Sequence record: SRR20825006_3010
DNA: 36,440 nucleotides
Direction: 5' to 3' (one strand)
A program made the translations under genes and the position numbers. The notes under the pieces are model-generated. The model saw nothing but the letters and a program-made list of their open reading frames with translations, did no database searches and had not been told where the DNA came from. Of the stretch, positions 17,865-28,278 are shown one piece after another; position 1 is the stretch's first letter; each line of letters starts with the position of its first letter.

Positions 17865-18449
17865 ATGCCGGTACCAAAGGCACAAGCGACCGTCACGGCC
17901 CTCGAAAGGCTTGTGAAGGTCATGCAAGAGAAGCTCCCGTCCGCGATCGAAGAGATCCAGGATGACGGCCTTGGTCTGCTCACGCCTTGCGCGTCCGACT
18001 TCTTCATGCCGGGCGGACACATCACCGAACAAATCCTACACGCACCGATTGCAGTGATTGTGACGCAATCTGCACCTTCCGCGACCTTGGCTTTCGAGTC
18101 TGGAGACGGGTCTGAGCACGCCATCATATGCGAACTCCCCGTCACGGTGAGATTGCTCTTCAGTGCAGACGTCTTCACACCCATCGACCGCATCGGACGC
18201 GAGCAAACGCGCGCCGAATACGCCGCACATGCTTCTGAGCGCTACAAGGGCGCGATCATCAACGCTGTTTCGACATACGCGCGGGACGGAATCTCGATTG
18301 ATGACATTCGGCTGACATCAGACCTCGCAAGCGTCGGAACACTCGAATCAACCTTGAAGGGTGAAGCTGTGACGCAGTGGACCATCACTCAAGAGTGTTT
18401 GGTGCCTTCTGACGTGCGGATCTTGAACGCGAGCGACGCGGTTTTGTGA
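17865..18449 (+). CDS. Tail completion/terminator protein (putative)
   Basis: 194 aa directly before the tail tube gene; positional call. Confidence 0.55.
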   Translation: MPVPKAQATVTALERLVKVMQEKLPSAIEEIQDDGLGLLTPCASDFFMPGGHITEQILHAPIAVIVTQSAPSATLAFESGDGSEHAIICELPVTVRLLFSADVFTPIDRIGREQTRAEYAAHASERYKGAIINAVSTYARDGISIDDIRLTSDLASVGTLESTLKGEAVTQWTITQECLVPSDVRILNASDAVL

Positions 18450-18503
18450 GTTTTATTCAACCCAACTTTGCATGCGCACATGCACAGATAAGAGAGGCCA
18501 ACA

Positions 18504-19460
18504 ATGGCAAGAGAAGTACGCGAAAGAGCAGTATCCTTCGAGAGCGAATCGACATACGGAACCGATGTTATCTCGGGCAGTCCGACCGCCTTCTTCAAGG
18601 TGGTCGGAGACTCCCCCATCGTCAGCCCCGTCCGCACTGTGGTGGAGTCTGAGGAGGTATGCGCGGTGCATGACGGCATCGAGCATCAGTCTTTCGCTTC
18701 CCACAATGACGCCGCGTTTTCGATCTATCTCCGAGGCAAGGAAAGCGCCGCAGGAGACGCACCTTTGTGGGCTGCTCTGCTCATGGCAACGGGCGCGGAA
18801 GAGACCATCACGGCAAGCACATCGGCTGCATATGAGTGGGTGACATATCACACTCCATCCGTCGCACCTTCGATGACGCTATATGAAGACGTTTTCTATA
18901 CAGATGGCACGGCCAGAAGGTTCATCGCGCCGGGCCAGTATGGAAACCTCACCTTGACCGCAGAGATGGACACTTATGCCACGATTGCATACTCCGGCAT
19001 GGGTCTTTTCCAACAAGGCGCATCTTCGACCTCTTCGATCTCTTTGCCGGGGTCTTATGACGGAAGCAAACCAAGGCTGATTTGTCGAAACCTCGTGGTG
19101 AGTATCGGTGGCTCGAACTACGCTTTGCGGTCCTTCGACCTCAACACAAACTGGGCCATCGAGGAAGACCGCAGCATGAGCGGTTCATCCAGCCTCGATG
19201 CCGTGTATCTCAAGCGCGCATCCGGCTCCCGAATGGGCGGCACGTTGGACTTTGCCGACGTGGACCTTTTTGAAGCGATTCTGTCCGCTTATGGGACCGA
19301 CGCCGAACTCGCCATGACCGCCACATGGGACGATGGGACGGACACTGTGGCTTTGTCGCAAACGATTCAACTCGGCCAATACACGCGCTCTGGAGGCTCC
19401 CTGGGGTCTTTCTCGGTGCCGTATTTCGTCGTGGGCACCTCGACCCTCACGTTTACCTGA
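18504..19460 (+). CDS. Major tail (tube) protein
   Basis: N-terminal ESESTYGTD motif typical of siphovirus-type tube proteins; Ser/Thr-rich beta composition; no sheath gene nearby. Confidence 0.8.
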   Translation: MAREVRERAVSFESESTYGTDVISGSPTAFFKVVGDSPIVSPVRTVVESEEVCAVHDGIEHQSFASHNDAAFSIYLRGKESAAGDAPLWAALLMATGAEETITASTSAAYEWVTYHTPSVAPSMTLYEDVFYTDGTARRFIAPGQYGNLTLTAEMDTYATIAYSGMGLFQQGASSTSSISLPGSYDGSKPRLICRNLVVSIGGSNYALRSFDLNTNWAIEEDRSMSGSSSLDAVYLKRASGSRMGGTLDFADVDLFEAILSAYGTDAELAMTATWDDGTDTVALSQTIQLGQYTRSGGSLGSFSVPYFVVGTSTLTFT

Positions 19461-19505
19461 CCTGAAAACCTCACACTCAACTCATCATTACACGGAGGTT
19501 TTCAT

Positions 19506-20285
19506 ATGCGTTTCGTTCGACAAAAAGACAGGTCATCTGTGCGAATCACAGGCGGGATTTATCTCGTGCCATCTGAAGAAGACGGATCGACCCCGTTGGC
19601 GTTGGTTTATGCCCGTCCCGACGCGCGTGATCTCATGCGCGTTGCGCCGGATGTCCAGGCTCTCTCGACCCGATTGCGACGGTATCAGGTCGAGTTGGGG
19701 AGGTTTATCACAGCCAAGGATGCGGTTGGTGACCCTCCCCGACTCCAAATCACGGATGTCGAGCTACAGCCCGTCCTCGACTTTATTCGACCGCACCTCA
19801 TGGAAGTGCGCGGCCTTGTCGATCACGTCACCGGAGTACAGCTCCAGATCGATGATCTCGAAGACGGCGACCTCGACGCCCTCTTGCTCGAAGTGGGACT
19901 TGATCACCTCCTTGGTCTGTATGCGGCCATCGAGTCGAGTGACGGACTCCCCGGTGATCTGCGCGTTCGATTGCGCGCTTACTTGGACGTGATGCATGTG
20001 CGCGGCGGGTGCTCATGTCCGGGATGTGAGGATGCTGACACGGCAAGAGATGAGACCTGCCTTTTGTGGGACATCCTCCCTCACGAGGACGTGATCTATC
20101 TCGTCGAGCAATGGGGGTTGCATAGAGATTCGGACCTCTTGACCGCCCCCGGTTGGCTCAAGGAAGTCCACCGAGAGGTCGAACACGCCCGTGCAAAGCG
20201 CTCGAAGAAGGAACGCGACGCAGAGGCACAGCGTGCCTTGGCCGAAAAGCACGGTCTGATCACTCCCATTAAGCGGGGTGCCTGA
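19506..20285 (+). CDS. Tail assembly chaperone (putative)
   Basis: Lies between tube and tape measure; GGAGG RBS; contains CSCPGC. Confidence 0.6.
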   Translation: MRFVRQKDRSSVRITGGIYLVPSEEDGSTPLALVYARPDARDLMRVAPDVQALSTRLRRYQVELGRFITAKDAVGDPPRLQITDVELQPVLDFIRPHLMEVRGLVDHVTGVQLQIDDLEDGDLDALLLEVGLDHLLGLYAAIESSDGLPGDLRVRLRAYLDVMHVRGGCSCPGCEDADTARDETCLLWDILPHEDVIYLVEQWGLHRDSDLLTAPGWLKEVHREVEHARAKRSKKERDAEAQRALAEKHGLITPIKRGA

Positions 20286-20287
20286 TC

Positions 20288-22807
20288 ATGCCCACGACTG
20301 TCTTTGAATATCAGTGGGAAGGGGACAAAGGTGGGGGGTTGCAAGACCTCATGGCCAAGGTGGGGGCGACCGCATCAAAAGTCGATGGCCTCGGTGTCGG
20401 CATGGACCGCACCTCTGACCGCATGGGCAAGGCATCCTCGCGTGCGTCTCGCCTTGGTGGGACGCTCTCGAAGCTGTCTTCCGGCGCCGTCAGCGGTCTC
20501 ACAACTGGCGTTGGTGTCCTCGCGGCTGGGATTGCCGGTCTCGGTGCGGGTGCCGTGGCGACCGCGAAAGGGATCTTGACTCTCTCGGAAGCAGGAAGCG
20601 AACAGGACAAGGTTTTCGCAAGGTTGTCTAGCTCTATCAATGGCGTCGTGGGTGACGTTGAAAGCGGCTCAGAGGCATTCGACCGGCTCCAACAGCAGAT
20701 CGGGGAGCAAGCTGGGCTGACCGACTTCGGGGATGAGGCGATTTCAGATGCCTTGTCCAAATATATCGATTTGAGTGGTCAAGCCGAGATTAGCACGCGT
20801 GATCTTTCGAGCATCTTGGGAGTGGCCGAACAGCGTCAAATCGATGCGACCGCAGCCGCCGAGAAGTACGCAAAGGCTCAAAGAGGTGATGTCGATGCTC
20901 TGGCAGATCTTCTGCCCATGACGAAAGAACAGCTCGCAGACCTTGGAAAGATCACGAGCGCATCCGAACGCGGAGCAAAAGCCACGGAGCTTCTTGCGTC
21001 CCGCTATGAAGGTGCAGCGGTAACCCTGGGCACGACCAGGGGGAGCATTAAAGAGGCGAGTGACGCTATCGGGGATTTAACCCAGATGGGAGGCCGTCTG
21101 GTCAACCAGGCGTCCTTCATCCCGGCCTTGGTGGACCCTGTGGTCAAGGTCTTCCGAGACCTTGAGAGTGGTCTCGCGGCGAACAGCGTGCGCGCTCAGG
21201 AACTCGCTATCAGCCTTGCTGGGGGCCTTGTTACTGGCCTTGAGGTCGCGACCGAGATGGGGGTCTTTCTTTACCAGAGCTTCGAGGATCTCAAACTTGG
21301 CCTTTCCTTCGTCGGAGGTGGACTCAAGGCAACCATCAGCCTTGTCGAAATCACAGGACGCGGCTTGTTGGTCTTCGGCTCGAAAATCATCGGCGCCGTC
21401 CTCTCGAAGTTGTCCGAATTTGGCGAGAAGGCCGAAGAAATCGCACGCGCCGTTGGTGCGGACGGTATCGCTGACTCCCTCGCAAGTGCGCGGAAATCCA
21501 TGGAGGGGTTCAATGACAGCGTTGATGGGTTTGCTACCGGACAGCTTGCGGGCATCCGTGACGAGATGGGGACCATTGATGAGACGGTCGGGGACCTTCA
21601 CGAGGCTACCGGGGAGTGGATCGAGGGCTATCGCGACGCAGAACGCGCGGGGGATGCCGTCCGAAAAGTGACCGATGGCATGCGTGATGGTCTCGCCAAG
21701 GCGAACGCGCAAATCAAGCCCCTTTCTTCCGGCTATCAAGAGGCGGGCAAGGGTGCGAATACCGCAGCAGATGGCCTTGAACGGCAAAACCGGGCACTCG
21801 AAAAGCAGAAGAAACTCACGACCGATGAGCTGTTCTTCGCAGCCGAACGCCTCGACCTCGAAAACGACCTTCTTGTTGCCCGTCAATCCGGTGACCGGGC
21901 CGCACAAATCGAGGCTGAGAACCAGCTCGCTTTGCTCGATGTCAAGGAAGCAGCCGCGAGCGCAGAGGATGAACGCCTCGTGGCCTTGATTGAGAGGAAC
22001 GGCGTCTTGGCCGCACAGCTCGACAAAGAAGCCGCCCTCAAGCAGCTCGAAGAGGAGCGTGAACAAGCACGCCAGGAAGCCTTTGAGGAGCGCCTTGCAC
22101 GCGAGGAAGCCGCTCAAGAGAAGCGCGTCGAACAGGCGGAGAAAGAGGCTCAGGTCTACCAGGATGCATCCGACCGCATCGGGGCCGCGCTGTCCGCCTT
22201 GAACGGGTCTGACTCCGAGATCGCAAGGCTCAGTGTTGCCCTTGGTGGTCTGAGCCAAGCCCTGCTCGAAGCCGGTGCAAGCTACGAGACGATGACCGCC
22301 CAAGGCATGAAGAGTCAGGACGCATTGGCCGCATCCGCAACATCCGCAACGGGTGCCATTGGCGGGGCAATCGCAAGCCAAATCGAAGACACGGGGAAAG
22401 CCTCTCTGGTCCGCGCCGGATTTGCCAGCGCCGAAGCTCTTATCCACCTTGCAAGCGGGAATCCTGCATCGGCTGCCATCGCAGGTTTGGGGGCCGCAGG
22501 TCACCTTGCAACGGCTGCTCTTGCCGGGAAATCAGGCGGTGCATCGGGTGCAGGACGCGGTGCAAGTGGTGGCGCGCAAGCAGCCGCACAAGTCATTCAA
22601 AGAGACCCTGCAAGGGAGAGGGAACTTCTTGCTCAGAGCATCGTGAGTGGCCTCTCGGACTCACAGAACGCGGGCATGACGCAGATCACATTTGATTTCT
22701 CGGGGAATGTGAATCTCGAAGATGCGCCCGCTGTCGAGCGGCGCCTCACCGAAGCTGTCCGGCGCGGCCTTTCCTCTCAAGGCATCGACCTGAACAGGAG
22801 GGTCTGA
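20288..22807 (+). CDS. Tape measure protein
   Basis: 839 aa, Ala/Gly-rich helical and coiled-coil sequence with hydrophobic segments and a C-terminal ITFDFSGNV motif. Confidence 0.9.
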   Translation: MPTTVFEYQWEGDKGGGLQDLMAKVGATASKVDGLGVGMDRTSDRMGKASSRASRLGGTLSKLSSGAVSGLTTGVGVLAAGIAGLGAGAVATAKGILTLSEAGSEQDKVFARLSSSINGVVGDVESGSEAFDRLQQQIGEQAGLTDFGDEAISDALSKYIDLSGQAEISTRDLSSILGVAEQRQIDATAAAEKYAKAQRGDVDALADLLPMTKEQLADLGKITSASERGAKATELLASRYEGAAVTLGTTRGSIKEASDAIGDLTQMGGRLVNQASFIPALVDPVVKVFRDLESGLAANSVRAQELAISLAGGLVTGLEVATEMGVFLYQSFEDLKLGLSFVGGGLKATISLVEITGRGLLVFGSKIIGAVLSKLSEFGEKAEEIARAVGADGIADSLASARKSMEGFNDSVDGFATGQLAGIRDEMGTIDETVGDLHEATGEWIEGYRDAERAGDAVRKVTDGMRDGLAKANAQIKPLSSGYQEAGKGANTAADGLERQNRALEKQKKLTTDELFFAAERLDLENDLLVARQSGDRAAQIEAENQLALLDVKEAAASAEDERLVALIERNGVLAAQLDKEAALKQLEEEREQARQEAFEERLAREEAAQEKRVEQAEKEAQVYQDASDRIGAALSALNGSDSEIARLSVALGGLSQALLEAGASYETMTAQGMKSQDALAASATSATGAIGGAIASQIEDTGKASLVRAGFASAEALIHLASGNPASAAIAGLGAAGHLATAALAGKSGGASGAGRGASGGAQAAAQVIQRDPARERELLAQSIVSGLSDSQNAGMTQITFDFSGNVNLEDAPAVERRLTEAVRRGLSSQGIDLNRRV

Positions 22808-22808
22808 C

Positions 22809-23726
22809 ATGGCGTATGGAATCGACAGGTGGATTTTCCCCATCACGATCACCTCTGGGGAGAACGATCAGATCATCCTCGATGAAGGTGGAAGCGATTA
22901 CACCGTGGTCATCCCTGAAGGGAGGTACTGGGCCTATCAAGCGGCGGGTTCAGGCTTCGAGATCACTGGGTATCCCAGCCTTTACCTGGAGATTGCACAG
23001 CAGCTTACCGCCGCCGTGGGTGGAGGAAACGCTTACAGCTTCTTCGCGGCTGACCCGGCATCCACATCCTTGACGGATAGCCGTTCGGTGATCTTGTCGA
23101 GGACTGGATTCTCCAGCAATGACTTTGCTTTGCGCTTCAGCCAGAGCGGATTCACGCTCGACAAGCGCTTGTTCGGGGTCAGTGCGGACTACGCCGTGGA
23201 CATCGCAAACTCGGGCGACTCCACCCCCGCGACCGGACAGGTTTATGGGCAATGGGTGAGTCCTCGACCAGCGAGCATGAAGCCGTCCTTCCCCTTCCAG
23301 CAGGTCACCCTCTCGACTTCGGACACCGCGCGCTCAGACCTCTATGCAATGAGGTGGACAGCTCGAAGACGCCGCGTTGTGCAGTACCGTCACGTCCCGG
23401 CTGCATGGATTCACCGATCACGTGCAGAGCAAGCTGACTATGCAGAGGTCGCGGGCGTGTCCCTGAATGACACGCGGATGGCTTTTGAACACACATGGGA
23501 GTCTCTCTCCGCGTTCGATGACATCATCATCATCCACGATCAAGGGGATGATTCCGACAATATCAACAACTTCGAGGATGTCCGCGCGAATCACGAGATC
23601 GTGCGTCTCTTGGATGTGGATGCGGCCTTGGACTTCGAGGCCGTGGCCACGATGGAAACGATGGGCGGAGAATTTTACCGCCTAGAGATCCCTCTCGTGC
23701 GCATTGGGGGCGATTATGAGCAATGA
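22809..23726 (+). CDS. Tail tip protein (distal-tail position)
   Basis: 305 aa directly after the tape measure gene. Confidence 0.6.
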   Translation: MAYGIDRWIFPITITSGENDQIILDEGGSDYTVVIPEGRYWAYQAAGSGFEITGYPSLYLEIAQQLTAAVGGGNAYSFFAADPASTSLTDSRSVILSRTGFSSNDFALRFSQSGFTLDKRLFGVSADYAVDIANSGDSTPATGQVYGQWVSPRPASMKPSFPFQQVTLSTSDTARSDLYAMRWTARRRRVVQYRHVPAAWIHRSRAEQADYAEVAGVSLNDTRMAFEHTWESLSAFDDIIIIHDQGDDSDNINNFEDVRANHEIVRLLDVDAALDFEAVATMETMGGEFYRLEIPLVRIGGDYEQ

Positions 23727-25953
23727 TCGTCACCTCTTGGTCGGCATCCACCTTGAGGGCATCCCCGGCTCGACCGACACGTCCAAGACGGGTGGGAGGG
23801 TGTACTACTTCGACACCGGCTTAGATCCCCATTCGAGCACGGATTATGCCTGGGAGGTTGGTCTCACTGAGCTTCCAAGCGGGGTATCGACCTCTATCAA
23901 CCCGATGACGGGCGAGTGGCAACTGAGTTCCTTCACCTTCACGCTCTCCAATACAGACGGCATCTCGACCTATCTTCTGCGCACCCAAAAGACCGGCGCC
24001 ACATACTTGGCATCAGACCTCGATGACAGCACGACCCTCGTGATCACGTCGGGGACAGTCCCACCAGACGGCACGATTGTTTTCTCGGGTGACGAGACAC
24101 TCATCCTTGATGGCGACCTGGGAGGCGGACTTTTCGCGAGTTGTACGCGCGGGGCATATGGAAGCACGGCGACGGCTCACAGGGAGGGTGATCTTCTCAC
24201 AACGCATCCTCCCTATTGGGTGCCCCGCCTCGTCACCTTGATCACGCACGACGTGACCGATGGAACCGAGACCATCCGGTGGCGCGGTTATCTCGACAGA
24301 ATCGAGACAAGCGAGAGCGGCGCTACCTTGAGGCTTGCATGCTCTGAGGCTTATTCGCGTTGGAGAAGCGCACAGCTCAACACCAGCCCTGTCAACTTGA
24401 ACGCGGGCCAAGAGATTCGACAACGCGGCGCGGGCCTCTTCGGGAACGTCAGCTCAGACCAGATCACAACCGCATCCTCGGGTTGGATAGGTGTGCAAAC
24501 ACGAGGAGCCGTCTTCCCAGCTCAGATCACAAGCTCAGGGCGCGTCCTTCTCGGTGGCGGTCAAGTAGGTCGCGAACGTCTTGCTACAAGCCTGGAGCTT
24601 GAGTCCGTCGAAGAGGGAGAGGTAAGCATCCCCTGGACCGAACCCGTGTGGGAGGTGCTTGTGTGGGATCGCATCGGTGACTCATCAAGTGTGATCTCGG
24701 CGTTCATCAGTCCTCTCACGGGTTCCACCGCCTTTCATCCCGTCCGCATTGCAAGAGAACTGCTGTCAAACGTGCAGCTTCCTGACGAATGGAGTCTCGG
24801 GCTGTCTCACATCGACTTCACGGCCTTTGATGATGCGGTCACGGACTCCCCTGGACTCCAGATTGACCAACTCATCCTTGGCGCGGGTGGTGAGTCCTTC
24901 TCACCCTTCGAGGTTGCTGAATCCTTACTCCGAATGGCCGGATTCATCCCGAGCATCACGACAGACGGAACATACAGCATCCGTCGATTCAGGACCGTAT
25001 CCATCCGCGATGTCCAGTCCACATCCGATGATGGTGGCGTTTCGCCTTATCAGGATGGCCCACTTCATTGGCGGCCACCTCTGAGCAATGGGGCGACGGA
25101 GATCACGGCGGTCACCGGGCAAATCCTCGACCTCCCCGGACATAGGGGCGTGGTCCAAGCATCGGATGGAAGTCAACGCGCGAAACTCATTCGCGACCGC
25201 GAAAAGGTGACCTACTCGTTCCCCTTCCTTCGCGCGAGTAGAGGTGAGGATGTCACCACGCAGTTGGCCTCGACTGCGGCCTTGGTGCATTACGACCTCC
25301 CCAGGCTGAGAGTACGTGTCGCGGACACAACCGAGACGAACATCAGCTACGACCTTGGCGAGTACGTTGCGCTCGAAGATCTCGGCACCTTGGAGACCTC
25401 TTGGTGGGTTGACCGCGATGGAAATCGTCTCACATCCGCAGACCTCTCGGGGCGCACAGACTGCATCGGGATGGTGATCGAACGGGGCCTTGATTTGCAG
25501 TCAATGACCTACACGTTGACGCTCTTGTTCCTCGCTTATCGAACGGGAGCAGTTGCCCGAGAGAGGGCACCGAGCGCCGTGGTGGATACATGGTCGAGTC
25601 CCACAATCTCGACCACGGCAAGCGTGTTTACCGACACGTTTGATGCCTCGTTTTTCACGGTCGGGGATGAGGTGGAGTTGTGGAGTCGAGGTGGTGTGAA
25701 GTTGAGCACGACCACGGCGGTGGTATCGGCAATCTCGGGAAGGGACATCACGATCTCGGGCAGCTTCGGTGTCACGCCAGCAAGCGGGAACGTCGTGCGC
25801 ATCAGTGCCTCGGACGTCTTCTTCAATGACAGCAGATACCCGGTGACAGGTAGGCCCTATGCCCATTTAGCGGACGCGAACGATGAGATCACGCACGACT
25901 CGGAGACGGTCCAGGCGGACGAATATGGGGGCGGAATCGGGGTGAACCTGTGA
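23716..25953 (+). CDS. Tail hub/baseplate protein (putative)
   Basis: ~745 aa, Ser/Thr/Gly-rich; GDE...CTRGAYGSTATAHREG motif common in tail tip proteins. Confidence 0.7.
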   Translation: MSNDRHLLVGIHLEGIPGSTDTSKTGGRVYYFDTGLDPHSSTDYAWEVGLTELPSGVSTSINPMTGEWQLSSFTFTLSNTDGISTYLLRTQKTGATYLASDLDDSTTLVITSGTVPPDGTIVFSGDETLILDGDLGGGLFASCTRGAYGSTATAHREGDLLTTHPPYWVPRLVTLITHDVTDGTETIRWRGYLDRIETSESGATLRLACSEAYSRWRSAQLNTSPVNLNAGQEIRQRGAGLFGNVSSDQITTASSGWIGVQTRGAVFPAQITSSGRVLLGGGQVGRERLATSLELESVEEGEVSIPWTEPVWEVLVWDRIGDSSSVISAFISPLTGSTAFHPVRIARELLSNVQLPDEWSLGLSHIDFTAFDDAVTDSPGLQIDQLILGAGGESFSPFEVAESLLRMAGFIPSITTDGTYSIRRFRTVSIRDVQSTSDDGGVSPYQDGPLHWRPPLSNGATEITAVTGQILDLPGHRGVVQASDGSQRAKLIRDREKVTYSFPFLRASRGEDVTTQLASTAALVHYDLPRLRVRVADTTETNISYDLGEYVALEDLGTLETSWWVDRDGNRLTSADLSGRTDCIGMVIERGLDLQSMTYTLTLLFLAYRTGAVARERAPSAVVDTWSSPTISTTASVFTDTFDASFFTVGDEVELWSRGGVKLSTTTAVVSAISGRDITISGSFGVTPASGNVVRISASDVFFNDSRYPVTGRPYAHLADANDEITHDSETVQADEYGGGIGVNL

Positions 25954-26027
25954 ACTTTGAACGGACCAATGCGATGAGATCGCGGGCGCGCGCGTCCTTA
26001 TATATACGCACAAATGAGAGGTGAACG

Positions 26028-27611
26028 ATGACTTATACAGGTGATGAATATGTGGCGGTCGATGAGGACGCGGTAAGTGAAGACGAGCCATTGGATACCT
26101 ATGTCGAGAACAGCATTCGCTCGAACGTGTCCGCCGTGAGACAACTGGGGCATCAGGTCTCCTGGGCACCAAGAAGCTATGACGCGGATGACCACTCTCA
26201 AGCGCTGAGGATTCGGCCCTATGCGTCCTATGCGCGTTCTTCCATCCTCTCGGTCCCTTGGATCGTCCAGGACGGGCAGTCCACCACTTCACTCTCGATT
26301 CACTACCGATGCGCGGATGAACACTCCGACAACCTGTCATGCTTCGGGTGGGCCAGCCTTGTGGGTCTCGGTGAGACTCGATTCTCCATCGCAAACACCG
26401 ATGGCAGCACCCCTGAATGGCAAATCAGGGAGGTCGAGCTTGACCTTGATGAGCCTTTCTCGGGTGAGGTTTTCACGGACCTTCGAGTCGAGCAAAAAGG
26501 CGATGTGGGAGGGCAGATCTTGCAATCCGTTGTCTCACATGAAGTTACGACGGGAGGGGGCCTCATCACCGCGAGCGGGGCCGCGAATCAACTTCTTCGA
26601 CACAACGGCTCGAACTACCCCGACAGTGATGACCGCCATGTCCAGATCTTCGAGAACCAGAACGAGAGCAGCCAAAGGTACGACATTCTTTGGACTTCAT
26701 CGGGGAGCAATAAGGGTAGTGTCCGCCCCGCTTTCTCGGGCGCGATTGATACCCCGACCGACACGGCCAGAACGCGGTCATTAGGGTACGTCCAAGTGCG
26801 GGGTGTTGAGGTTCACACCACTTGGGAGGGAGACACCGACCTCAGACCTCAAGCAAGGTACGAACCGCATCTCATCGTCGATGCTCGCGATGAAGTCGCG
26901 CACCCTCTCAGCATCCATCGCGCCTATGCCCGCAAGCGATGCCTTTGGATCGGTCCCACGGGCAGTTTGGGTGACACCGAGGATGGGTGGTACACAGGGT
27001 ACGGGCCGAAACATGCGAGGATCACGGGGAACAGCTCGACCGCTCAGATCTTTTTTCCGGCATCCATCGTGCCGAAAACGCGATCACCCAAGATCTTGGT
27101 CTTGCTCAACATCTTGGCGACCTACAGCCCCTCCCTCACCAATGGGATCATCGAGAACACCTCAAGCTCTGCGGCTCTTGACGAGGCAAGTGGTGAAGCG
27201 ACCTGGACCATCGAGGCGTCCGTTTCCCGCTTTGCGGACGGAACCTCGACACCTTCGAGCGTGACCTCTGGAGATGTGGAGGTGGAGTTGGTGCATTGGC
27301 CGCACCTCTCGACCCCGCTTTATCCGTGTTTGCAAACCGAATTGCTCTACAAAGCCCAGCTCGATGGGACGAATAGCGAATGGCCTTACAAGGAGGGGCA
27401 GATGTTTGAGGAGGATCACACGCTTATCCAACGCGTTGCCCTTGAACTGGACCTCTCGACACACAACCCGGCAAGCAACTTGGACCCGTACACGATCACG
27501 CTCACAGGTCTCACTGAATCCGTCGGGACCTTCCCGGCTGGAGAGACTGTCACCGCGTCTGACCTCGTGCTCACATGCACCGGATGCACGATTTGGGAGG
27601 TGCCCCAATGA
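26028..27611 (+). CDS. Tail fibre/spike-region protein
   Basis: 527 aa, beta-rich, GAGG RBS; positional call. Confidence 0.65.
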   Translation: MTYTGDEYVAVDEDAVSEDEPLDTYVENSIRSNVSAVRQLGHQVSWAPRSYDADDHSQALRIRPYASYARSSILSVPWIVQDGQSTTSLSIHYRCADEHSDNLSCFGWASLVGLGETRFSIANTDGSTPEWQIREVELDLDEPFSGEVFTDLRVEQKGDVGGQILQSVVSHEVTTGGGLITASGAANQLLRHNGSNYPDSDDRHVQIFENQNESSQRYDILWTSSGSNKGSVRPAFSGAIDTPTDTARTRSLGYVQVRGVEVHTTWEGDTDLRPQARYEPHLIVDARDEVAHPLSIHRAYARKRCLWIGPTGSLGDTEDGWYTGYGPKHARITGNSSTAQIFFPASIVPKTRSPKILVLLNILATYSPSLTNGIIENTSSSAALDEASGEATWTIEASVSRFADGTSTPSSVTSGDVEVELVHWPHLSTPLYPCLQTELLYKAQLDGTNSEWPYKEGQMFEEDHTLIQRVALELDLSTHNPASNLDPYTITLTGLTESVGTFPAGETVTASDLVLTCTGCTIWEVPQ

Positions 27612-28189
27612 CACTCAGAATCCCTGATCTTTATTCTCGAATCAGTCCCGGTGATGTGACGGCTTTTAGGCCCGTTCGCTCCTCGACCTTCGCGGATCTC
27701 GTCTCGATGCCGAATCGCATCTTCGGGGACGTATCCTTCGACATCCCTGGACGTACTTCGACCGGCTCGACTGCGATTTTCTCCACGGCCAGTGTCACCT
27801 ACACCCAAGATGACGGGGGTGGGGGTGAAGGTCTTGGTGGGTGGTCTCCTTGCCTGAAATCCGTGAGGTACCTCAATGACTCGGGCGCGGAGGTGAAGCT
27901 GGTCTTGCGCGCCTTTGCTCAAGATCTCGACCTGCGTCTGACCGTCTTCGACCTCGACTCGAATAGCTCTATCGACACCCTGACATTATCCGCAGGTTCC
28001 TCTCCGCAGTGGGCAAAAGGGACGCTGGAGCTATCTGAAGCAGACCTCACCTCTGGAGGTGTCCCTTTGCCCGTGATCGTTTATCTGGAGGCACTCACGA
28101 CCGGCTCAAAAGGGAATCTTTGGGCGTGGCATGGATGGGAGGTCCTGCTTCGCGCGGGCAATGAAGCCTTGCTTCCAGACGGGACATGA
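27608..28189 (+). CDS. Tail-associated hypothetical protein
   Basis: ATGA overlap with the previous stop; GGAGG RBS. Confidence 0.65.
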   Translation: MTLRIPDLYSRISPGDVTAFRPVRSSTFADLVSMPNRIFGDVSFDIPGRTSTGSTAIFSTASVTYTQDDGGGGEGLGGWSPCLKSVRYLNDSGAEVKLVLRAFAQDLDLRLTVFDLDSNSSIDTLTLSAGSSPQWAKGTLELSEADLTSGGVPLPVIVYLEALTTGSKGNLWAWHGWEVLLRAGNEALLPDGT

Positions 28190-28226
28190 TGACCCTCTCA
28201 CACCTTGAGAAAACCTAACTTTCATT

Positions 28227-28242
28227 CGGTGATCTTTCGATA
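28227..28242 (+). promoter_or_regulatory. Late-gene motif copy 3
   Basis: CGGTGATCTTTCGATA before the terminal receptor-binding/holin cluster. Confidence 0.7.
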
Positions 28243-28278
28243 AATCGCCTCTCTGGACACACACCGGAGAGGCACCCA

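Noticed and set aside
19506-20285. Programmed G/GT frameshift in the tail chaperone
   Set aside because: A single ORF fills the whole tube-to-tape-measure gap, and I saw no convincing slippery heptamer.
21077-22504. 475-aa minus-strand ORF
   Set aside because: Antisense shadow of the tape measure gene in high-GC DNA.
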